DNA from: Thermodesulfobacteriota bacterium
GTDB lineage: Bacteria; Desulfobacterota_D; UBA1144; Nemesobacterales; Nemesobacteraceae
Assembly: GCA_965197885.1 (NCBI GenBank)
Contig: OZ240231.1
Location: forward strand, 192,504-256,503
Length of the DNA stretch: 64,000 bases
Direction of reading: 5' to 3'
Shown: positions 10,015 through 18,400 of the stretch, piece after piece
Position numbering within the stretch: position 1 is the first letter of the stretch
How the letters are laid out: the number at the start of each line of letters is the position of its first letter
The notes under the pieces: generated by a model
Seen by the model: only the letters and a program-made list of their open reading frames with translations
The model's database searches: none
What the model was told of the DNA's origin: nothing
Program-made: the position numbers and the translations under genes

Positions 10015-11286
10015 TTATCGACATCTTCCACCGGCATGTTCAAAGGCGGTGTTGCAATCGTGAACTCCACGACCCGCATGATCGCAGTCAAGCAGTCTTT
10101 CTTCAGTGCCGTTACAGGCTACATCGTCCAGCAAGAAACTGGTTGGCCCGGTGGTGGTTGTTGATGGCGACATGCTAAGAATAGGCTGCGCCCCTCTTGC
10201 GTCGAACATCTGGTCACACGCGACATCTACATCATAATTCCCCCATTCATCGTCACATATTCCCTTCCATTCCATATCCGTACTGTCATATATTTCAAAT
10301 CTACCTATCTTTTCATTCGCCCCTCCCACTAACCGAAGGTGGCCGTCGAAATAATCAGTATCCTCTTCACTGGGACTGGACCCCAGAGTAACCTCTTCCC
10401 CCGGATGGCTTTGGATCTTTTCTGAATTACCGGCACTATCCATGAAGCTTGCCTTCACCTTGATCTTTTTACCGAAATCTTCACGCCCGATAACATAGGT
10501 GGAATTTGCCGCGCCGGAAATATCGGACTCGTTATTAAGATTGTTAATCAGATGATTAACCCTTACCCACTCATAGCTGAAAGTTACATCCGTCGGAATC
10601 TCGTTGTCGTCCTCTATGTCCGAGACGTCCGCAGTCAGCGTCTGCCCGACCTCGTATTCACCCGTGATTGTCATGAGGCCGGCGGCGGTAGAGTTAGCGC
10701 TGCTGTCTGGAGCGGCACACCTGACGTGAAAATACTCTTGATTGAAGCAAATGTGAACTCCACGTCCTCCATGCCTGCAGTCAAGCAGCTTTCTCTCCGA
10801 ACCCGCGCATTCAAGATCGCTTAGTTCCATCCCCGGCACATTGCGTTGTACGGATGCAGGCGGTGTCCCATGGATGTAGTCATATGTCGTCGTCCCTCCC
10901 AAATAACCTAGCTGACGACATATAACCTCTGCCTCTTCAGTAGCGTACCGGCTATCTTCTATACCATCATCGCATATTCCCTTCCATTCCCCGGTACCGT
11001 CGCCATCCTCATCATCAAATATCTGAGGTCTGCCCGAGTAATCTGTTGAAACAGTGTCAAGTGAGTTTGTTTCCACCAATCGAAGATCGCCATCGCTATC
11101 GTCGGCGCTGGATAGAACTGGACCTCCCAGCAGTAAAAACCCTAGCAGCAGTACCGCCGCCATCGGGCAACCACGCAAGATGTCAAGAATCTTGGCCACC
11201 ACTCCCCCGCGCACACGCAAACGCGTCGCTTCATCATTCATATTTTCAGAACGGATTACCGATTTCCCTAAGCCTGTTTCTAACAT
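10015..11286 (-). CDS. secreted protein with two SRCR (scavenger receptor cysteine-rich)-like domains flanking a central beta-sandwich-like domain (paralog 1)
   Basis: DLRLVE...GRPQIFD...WKGICDDGIED...EAEVICRQLGY...LECAGSERKLLDCRHGGRGVHICF...VRC and HLRLVGG...GRFEIYD...WKGICDDEWG...VACDQM...VACNGTEERLLDCDHAGRGVHDC match the SRCR consensus. Signal peptide MAAVLLLGFLLLGGPVLSSA. Start chosen at the ATG with an AAGGAGG SD (11286). Confidence 0.8.
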   Translation of the reverse strand: MLETGLGKSVIRSENMNDEATRLRVRGGVVAKILDILRGCPMAAVLLLGFLLLGGPVLSSADDSDGDLRLVETNSLDTVSTDYSGRPQIFDDEDGDGTGEWKGICDDGIEDSRYATEEAEVICRQLGYLGGTTTYDYIHGTPPASVQRNVPGMELSDLECAGSERKLLDCRHGGRGVHICFNQEYFHVRCAAPDSSANSTAAGLMTITGEYEVGQTLTADVSDIEDDNEIPTDVTFSYEWVRVNHLINNLNNESDISGAANSTYVIGREDFGKKIKVKASFMDSAGNSEKIQSHPGEEVTLGSSPSEEDTDYFDGHLRLVGGANEKIGRFEIYDSTDMEWKGICDDEWGNYDVDVACDQMFDARGAQPILSMSPSTTTTGPTSFLLDDVACNGTEERLLDCDHAGRGVHDCNTAFEHAGGRCR

Positions 11287-11941
11287 TTTAGAGCCTCCTT
11301 TAAAAACACAACCGATGGCTAGCACTGCCTAGTCACTCCTAGTTTATTCTACTTCCCCACCTTGACCGCTGTCAAGTGGAGAAAGTGTAGGAACCATAAA
11401 TTCAGGCTTCTTGGTCTTGCAGACTGTGGAAGTACCGAGCGTAAAGCAGCAAAAATGTGGATAACGTCTTAAGTTTTTCGCAAATTTAAAAGGGAAGGAA
11501 GACGGCATTCCTTTATAAATCCGGCTAGATAAACAGTGCTCCCCAATTTATTTAACGGGAGGAAACACCGCCATCAGCAATTATACGACGAAGAGCCCCA
11601 AAAAGGTAATTCAGATAAACGAGAAGGAGCCTAGGCTTCACTTAAGCTCCCTTGTGACGGATGCTGAACAATCCTATGGAGGAAATTATCCATGAGATCA
11701 GGAGGCGGCCCCGGGTGGTTGAAGCTTTCCCCGATGGACAGAAAGGAGATAATTGAGGTAAGACAGCAAGATCAGATCAGATTTTTCAGGTTCGGAGACT
11801 CATGAGTCTTTGAACCTGAAACTGAAGAAACGCCAAAAACCCAGATTTGCGAAAAATTCCGAGCGCTGGCCTTTGCTGAGAACAGTTTCAGTGATGTCAT
11901 TTCTCAGTTCTTAGGAGAACCGAAGCGATTTCCCTGAACAT

Positions 11942-12397
11942 TCAGATACGGAGAAATCCAACGGATTTCATGCTTTCTTTGCTTCCGCGGTCAATTCTCT
12001 CGACCACCTCGCCGCTCTTTATGTCAAAAACGAAACAGGATATTCCGGAAAGTATCTCTAGGTTAAACTCCAGGAAATTGTTTACGTACATCTTGGAGTC
12101 TTCAATCGTTTCCTTGGGATCGGCTTTATCCGGGTTTCTTACGAGAATGAAATACGCGCACAGAAAATCCGGAAGGTCAGCGTTATGGGCGAATACAGCT
12201 TTTGAATCGTATTTCAGGATTACATTCTGGTTGAAATAGCGCTGGTATCCGGCGATTAGCGGCTGGTTCAGATGAGAGAGGGCGTAAACGATCGCGCAGG
12301 CGATTTTGTCCTGGTTCTCAATCATGAAATCAAGCGATTCCTTGTTGAACCCCTCGAGTGTTATTTCCGGTTTTTCCTTGTTTCGTGGTTCTCGCAT
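11942..12397 (-). CDS. hypothetical protein (151 aa)
   Basis: Intact ORF downstream of rny on the same strand; no recognisable motif. Confidence 0.5.
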   Translation of the reverse strand: MREPRNKEKPEITLEGFNKESLDFMIENQDKIACAIVYALSHLNQPLIAGYQRYFNQNVILKYDSKAVFAHNADLPDFLCAYFILVRNPDKADPKETIEDSKMYVNNFLEFNLEILSGISCFVFDIKSGEVVERIDRGSKESMKSVGFLRI

Positions 12398-12485
12398 TTC
12401 TTCCTCCTTCAGCAGTTCCCGCTTCCCGGTCTGTTTTTAAGTGCCGGTGTAATATACCACAAAGATCCCGCGTTTGGCGTGTTTT

Positions 12486-14041
12486 CTATGAAGCGTACGC
12501 CGTCGCCCTGCTTTCCCTTATGACCATGATTTTTATCTGTCCCGGATAAACGACCTCTTCTTCTATCTTCTTGGCTATTTCATGCGAGAGAATTGCTCCC
12601 TCCTCATCGCTTACCTGATCGCTTTCCACTATCACCCTTACCTCTCTTCCGGCCTGAATCGCATAGCATCTTTCAACGCCCGGAAAAGAACTCGCGACGC
12701 CTTCTATGCTCTCGATTCTTTTTACGTAGTTTTCATACGTTTCCCTCCTCGCTCCGGGGCGGGCAGCGGAAATAGCGTCGGCTGCCTGAACGAGAAGCGG
12801 CAGAACTCCCTGGGGCTGCGGGTCATGGGTTTTTTCAAGCGCGTCGATGATCTCAGGGGGCTCGCCGTATTTTTTGACGATATTAGTCCCTATGTCCACG
12901 TGGGAACCTTCAACTTCGTGATCAATCGCTTTTCCTATATCGTGGAGCAGGCCGGCCCTTTTCGCGAGCTTTTCGTCGTAGCCGATTTCAGAGGCAAGCA
13001 TTCCGCAGATAAATCCCACTTCAATCGAGTGGTTGAGTATGTTCTGCGAGTAGCTTGTTCTGTATTTAAGCATCCCGAGCTTGCTTATCAGGTCCGGATG
13101 CATGCCGCTTATGCCGAGGTCAAAAAGCGCTTTTTCCCCTTCTTTCTGTATTTCCTTTTCTACTTCCTTTTCAACCTCGGTTACCACTTCCTCAATCCTT
13201 GCGGGATGAATTCTCCCGTCAGCTATCAGCCGCTCAAGCGAAATTTTCGCCACTTCCCGCCTTATGGGATTAAAGCACGAAATCACGACCGTCTCGGGCG
13301 TGTCGTCGATAATGATGTCCACCCCGGTGCGAAGCTCTATGGAGCGGATGTTCCGTCCTTCTCGCCCGATAATCCTTCCTTTTACGTCGTCGCTTGGAAG
13401 ATTGACTACCGACACCGTTTTCTCGCTTGTGTATCTGCCGGAATATCTCTGAATGGCAAGAGATATGATATCCTTTGCCTTCCGCTCGGCGGCGGAATTG
13501 CACTCTTCCTCTATATACTTGAGTTTTTAGCCGCTTCGTGTCTCGCCTCATTTTCTACCAGGCTTACGAGTTCCGCTTTTGCCGCTTCGCGGGTAAGGCC
13601 TGATATCTCCTCTATTTTTCCCTTTATATCTTCAATGTTCTCATCAAGAGTCCTCTGCTTTTTTTCGGCGGCCAGATTCTTGCTTTCGAGTTCCGCCTGC
13701 ATTTCTTCAAGCGCCGCCTCTTTTTTATCAATCTCCTCGTATTTCATGCTGAGGCCATCTTCCCTAGCTTTGAGTTTCTTCTCGGTGGCAGAGAATTCCC
13801 TGCGTTTCTCACTCGACGTTCTCTGCATCTGGGAATTTTTGTCCTTGACGAGTTTCTTCGCCCTGTTCTCCGCCCTGTTTCTTACCTCTTCTGCTTTCTT
13901 CTCGGCCTCTTCGATTATAATCCGGGCCTGGTCCCGGCTTTTACGGACCCTGTTTTTTTCCATAACCATCCTGTAGATGAAATGGGCGGCGAATCCAAGC
14001 CCGAAGAGCAGTAAAAACCATAATGTTGATTGTACTTGCAT
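12486..14041 (-). pseudogene. rny: ribonuclease Y, reading frame broken by a 1-nt shift in an A5 (coding-strand) homopolymer at 13524-13528; may be a sequencing artefact
   Basis: ORF 13511-14041 encodes the TM plus coiled-coil N-terminus ending ...EARHEAAKNSSI*. ORF 12486-13415 encodes the KH and HD domains (VVNLPSDDVKGRIIGREGRNIR...LLHDIGKA). Inserting one A in the gctaaaaactc run gives the continuous read AAKKLKYIEEECNSAAERKAKDIISLAIQRYSGRYTSEKTVSVVNLPSDD, which matches the RNase Y linker. Confidence 0.7.
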
Positions 14042-14042
14042 T

Positions 14043-14816
14043 TCAGTCTCCTTCTTTTCCCAGACAGTCGATTGCTCCGTCTTCGGTGATTATGCGACCC
14101 GTCTTCACGTCGGTTTCTTGCGAAGGGATGCTTTTTAGCACTTGGAACCGGTAAGCCAGTCCGAAGCGGACCTGCCTGGGTATATCTTTTAAAAACCTGT
14201 CATAAAAACCTTCTCCGTACCCTATTCTGTTTCCGGAAAAGTCAAAAGCCACTCCCGGCACGAGCACGAGGTCAAGTTCATCGCTTCGGGCACGCTCGGT
14301 GTCCGCCGGGGGCTCGGGGATGGCGAAAGCACCGGGGGTAAGTTCCTCAATATTCCTTGTTCTTAGAAAAACAAGGTTAGAACCTAGGGTTTTTGGAAAA
14401 AAAACTTTTTTTTCAAGATCGATGCATTTTTTGAATATTCCACGGGTATCGACTTCGCCGTTTACGGGGAAATAAAGAGCGACGCTCGATGCATTGGCAA
14501 AAGCCTTTTCTGAAAGAAGAACCTTGAGGATCAGGCCGGATTTTTCCTGGAGGAGAGATTGAGGAAGGTTTTTTCTTTTCTCGAGAAGGTCTCTTCTCAG
14601 CTTTTCCTTTTTCTCAAGGATTAAATCCCCTGAGCTGGCTCCCAGGGAACTGTCTACGGATGTGGGGCCGGAGTGGGTCTCAGAAGTTGTTTCCTCTTGA
14701 TTTGAAAGGATCTTCGGGGCTTTCTTCAAGAAGGAGGGGTTCTTTCTGGCTTCCGGGTGATTCGAGCAGTCCGACCAGTTCTTCTGTTTTTCTTTTCGCG
14801 GTTCTCTTGAATTCAT
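14043..14816 (-). CDS. 5-formyltetrahydrofolate cyclo-ligase; start uncertain
   Basis: C-terminal LDLVLVPGVAFDFSGNRIGYGEGFYDRFL is the 5-FCL signature. The only in-frame ATG (14816) gives a roughly 70-aa low-complexity N-terminal extension overlapping zapA; the true start is probably further downstream at a non-ATG codon. Confidence 0.6.
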   Translation of the reverse strand: MNSREPRKEKQKNWSDCSNHPEARKNPSFLKKAPKILSNQEETTSETHSGPTSVDSSLGASSGDLILEKKEKLRRDLLEKRKNLPQSLLQEKSGLILKVLLSEKAFANASSVALYFPVNGEVDTRGIFKKCIDLEKKVFFPKTLGSNLVFLRTRNIEELTPGAFAIPEPPADTERARSDELDLVLVPGVAFDFSGNRIGYGEGFYDRFLKDIPRQVRFGLAYRFQVLKSIPSQETDVKTGRIITEDGAIDCLGKEGD

Positions 14817-15027
14817 CAAATTCCCTCTGTAATGCGAAGAAATCATCGACTATCTCAAGAGAAGCCAGAAAAACGGGAGGGGAGACGGTTATCAATACAT
14901 CGTCTCCAGCTGCTTTGGTGATTTTTTGTTCAAGATAATTTACAATATGCATTAGGTAATCTTTTTCGGCGTCCGTGACTACGGAATATTCCTTGCCGAA
15001 GAAAACTACTTTTATCCTGTCTTTCAT
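14680..15027 (-). CDS. zapA: cell division protein ZapA
   Basis: MKDRIKVVFFGKEYSVVTDAEKDYLMHIVNYLEQKI...VFLASLEIVDDFFALQRE fits the ZapA pattern (V.I.G..Y....D.......L...........A.LN...E). Confidence 0.7.
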   Translation of the reverse strand: MKDRIKVVFFGKEYSVVTDAEKDYLMHIVNYLEQKITKAAGDDVLITVSPPVFLASLEIVDDFFALQREFDEFKRTAKRKTEELVGLLESPGSQKEPLLLEESPEDPFKSRGNNF

Positions 15028-15233
15028 ACCGACTCTTCGCCAAGATGCTGTTCGATTGTCCGTATCATGGTGTCGACGCGTGTTCTAAGACGCTCTTTTT
15101 CGGCTTCAAGCGAGGCAACATTTCCTCTGAGCATCTTAATTTCTTCCAGCAATCTGTTGTGTTCTTCAGTCGTTTTGGCGTTTTCGTCTACAAACTCTCT
15201 GATTTTTCTCTCAAGAATCTCTAATGATTCCAT
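15024..15233 (-). CDS. ZapB-like coiled-coil cell division protein
   Basis: 69-aa coiled coil MESLEILERKIREFVDENAKTTEEHNRLLEEIKMLRGNVASLEAEKERLR, immediately upstream of and overlapping zapA by 4 nt. The track ORF extends further upstream into a non-coding region. Confidence 0.5.
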   Translation of the reverse strand: MESLEILERKIREFVDENAKTTEEHNRLLEEIKMLRGNVASLEAEKERLRTRVDTMIRTIEQHLGEESV

Positions 15234-15435
15234 AATAGGCGTAAATTGTATCACTATGATGAAATTATTACAAGAATCACGCTCGAAGAGGCGCTTTCGG
15301 TGATAGAGGGGGGTTTGGCCCACTCCGGGTTTGAAGTTACGGGGTTTCGCACTGAAAATGATCAGATTTACGTCGCCTACGAACCACTGTTTGCTAGCTC
15401 CACTTTCGTCAAGCCGGAGGTGAGGGTGGAATTCG

Positions 15436-15464
15436 GTGCGGGCCCGCCGGACCCGCACCTGGCG
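15436..15464. repeat. GC-rich dispersed repeat fragment (GCGGGCCCRCCGRACCCGCACCTGGCGCT), second copy at 40564-40592
   Basis: Near-identical 29-mer seen at both loci; both lie in short ORF fragments encoding ...AGPP[DN]PHLAL..., suggesting remnants of the same degraded gene or mobile element. Confidence 0.6.
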
Positions 15465-15491
15465 CTTAAGTATTCAGACGCCCGGGCTCCG

Positions 15492-18400
15492 CTACCATCT
15501 GAGGTCGCCCCGGAGCGCCACCGCGTGACTGGAGGGGAGGTCGGGGTTCTCGGTGCGGTCACCCTCAAGGCTGAGGTTAAAGGAGTCGCCGAGCCTAAGG
15601 CGCCATCCCGCCCTGTATCTCCTGTCCCCAGACATGGAGAACCCTCCGTAAGGAGTGATGACTCCTGAGCCCCCAAACGCCCCCATCGCGTAACCCGCCT
15701 CGGCGTCCAGTCGTCCCGGGGCCTGATCGCCTCCTGCAAGCCCCCGCGTATCCCCCATTGCCCAAAGACCCTCAACCCCGCTTGCAGTGGTTCCAACGGA
15801 TGAACCGAGCTTTGCCGAGAATCCCCTCTCCGCTCCCCCTGGAGCGAACTGCAGGGAACCCCCGGCTCCCCATTCTGAGTAGCCGCTTCGCTCATGAGCC
15901 ATGAGCCTTCGCGCTGTAATCTCCACCGTGAGTCCTCTTGAGGGGTTTATGTAGCGCATCGCGCCTCCCATTTCAAAACCCATGCCCCTCTCCGCGTCCC
16001 CTCCGTCTCGTCTCACTCCAAGCTCAACAGACGGGATGAGGGAACTTCCCGAAGCAAATGCAAAGGGTCGGGAACCCTCAAGTACAAGGCGAAGCCTGCT
16101 TACGTCGGCTTCTGTCTCCGTCATCCGGGAGGTTCCCTCTGAAGAGGTTCTCACTAAAAGCGCGTCTGTGCGGGCTGAGATATCAAATCCCCCGGCTGCA
16201 ACCAGGGCGCCCCGGGCCCCGAGGGCCGCCATCTTCATTTCAATATCGGTTTTCTCTCCTCCTCCTTCGTAGGTAAGGGTGAGTTCACCCTTACCGTAGC
16301 CGAGAAGGGTCCAGGCGCTTAAGCGATCGTTTAAGGAGAAGCGAAGGTATGGGTGAGCGCTTGTTATGGAGCTTTTAAGGTCTCCTTTTATATCACCTGA
16401 GTTGTAAGAGCCGTCTCCCGTGCTTCTCGCAAGGGCAAGGCCCAAAAGCACACGGTCCCACGCGCGGTCAACTCCCAGGGTTGCCGTGGTTACGTCTCCG
16501 TCAATTGAGAGGTCGGAATCTCGTCCCGAGAAACTCGTCCGTGCCGCTCCTCCCCACGCCGTCCATCCGGGCCCGGGGTTTTGGGTTGCGTTCTGGGCTA
16601 GGGAAACTTCAAAGGAAGAGCTGAGCAGGAACTCCCGCATCCTGAGGCTATTGAAGTTCTCGGGGCGGCGGTCCTCGGGAACCAGTTCATCCCATGGGGA
16701 TATTTCCGTTATCTCCGTGGCGGGAGGCTCTTTCAGTTCCGCGCCTCCAAGGGTTACTCCGCGTGAGGGCTCTTGGGCGGAGGACATCCTCCCTCTTACG
16801 GCTTCCACAGCGTGGTTTGCCACTGTGCGCCCGAAGCGGGCAAGCCACGCCTTGACGCTCCGCGCCTCCTGGTGGTCGGTCGTCGTGACCATGAACGCCT
16901 GCGTCGCCGTCAGCCCGCCGGGGTCCTGTGCCGTCACCGTCACCGTCGCCGTACCCGGACGCGTCGCGGTCAGCGTCAGCGTCGCGCCGGTGAGGTGCAA
17001 CGCCACTGCCTGATCCGACACGACGGCCGTGTAGTCGAGCGCGTCGCCGTCCCGGTCTGCGAAGAACGGGATCAGATCGAGCGCCACCGGCTCGTCTCCG
17101 ATATCCAGGGTCCGATCGGGGATGACGCCCGCTGCAAGCGGCGGGTCGTTCACCGGCCGCACCGTCACGTCCACCGCCGCCCGGGCCGTCAGTCCCGATC
17201 CGTCGCCCACGACGTAGGTGAAGCTGTCGGTGCCGTGAAAGTCAGGCTCCGGCGTGTACACCACCGCTCCTGTGTCGGTCACCGCCGTGCCGTGCGTCGG
17301 CGCCGATACCTCCACCAGCGCCAGCGCGTCCCCGTCGGGGTCGCTGTCGTTGCTGAGCACGTCGATGGTAACCGGCGTGTCCTCGGGCGTGTCCGCCGCG
17401 TCGTCACCCGCCAGCGGCGGGTCGTCCACCGGCAGCACCGTCACGTCCACCGCCGCCCGGGCCGTCAGTCCCGATCCGTCGCCCACGACGTAGGTGAAGC
17501 GGTCGGTGCCGTGAAAGTCAGGCTCCGGCGTGTACACCACCGCGCCTGTGTCCGACACCACCGCCGTGCCGTGGGTCGGCGCCGATACCTCCACCACCAC
17601 CAGCGTGTTCCTGTCGGGGTCGCTGTCGTTGCCGAGCACGTCGATGGTCACCGGCGTGTCTTCGGGCGTGTCCGCCGCGTCGTCGACCGCCCGCGGCGGG
17701 TTGTTCACCGGCGGCGGCGGGGTCGTCCTGATGCGCCCCGACGGCGACCAGGGACCGGTGCCATCACTATTGGTGGCGCGCACCTGCACCTGGTAGGCGG
17801 TGGGGGCGGCGGTCAGGCCCGCGATCGTGGCGCTGGTGCCGCCCACGCCTTGGGGGCCGGGGGTAAAGTCCCCGCTTGTGCCTTCCCGGTACTGCAGGTC
17901 GTAGCTAGAGATGTCCGGCCGGCCGGTGTTCGAGGGCGCGCTCCAGCTCACCGTCAGGCTGTCGGGCGTGCCGGGGGTCGCCGTGACTCTGGGCGTCGCG
18001 GGCGCCAGCGGCCGCTCGTTGACGTCGTTAGTGAGATCAATCGTCACCGTGACCGTGTCGGTGCCGCCGTTGCCGTCGTCGGCCTTCACGATCACCGTGT
18101 AGCTCGGCGTGGTCTCGTAGTCGTAGGTGACGCCGGGCCTCGTGCGGATCTGGCCGCTGGTCGAGACGATCGAGAACGACGACGCGTCCATGCCGCCCTC
18201 CAGGGTGTAGGTCAGCTGGTCGTTGTTGCCGTCGGTGGCGGTGACGGGGGCGCCGACATCGGTGTTGGCGGGGCTGTTCTCGGCGACGCTACGCGTGGCG
18301 GTCGAGGAGGAGAACGTCGGCGCGGAGTTGCCGGCGGTGTTGGTCTGCCCCGATCCAGACGGCGACCAGGGGCTGTTGCCATCACTATTGGTGGCCCGCA

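Noticed and set aside
11691-11822. Small ORF (MRSGGGPGWLKLSPMDRKEIIEVRQQDQIRFFRFGDS) followed by a nested palindrome (ttcaggttc ... agactcatgagtct ... gaacctgaa)
   Set aside because: The ORF is short with no SD. The hairpin is probably just a transcription terminator or attenuator for neighbouring genes, so it is not listed as a feature.
14600-14850. Looked for a 6S RNA (ssrS) between zapA and the 5-FCL gene, as in the E. coli zapA-ssrS-ygfA arrangement
   Set aside because: Only about 60 nt separate the zapA stop from the conserved 5-FCL core, which is too short for a roughly 180-nt 6S RNA, and I see no long imperfect stem with a central bubble.
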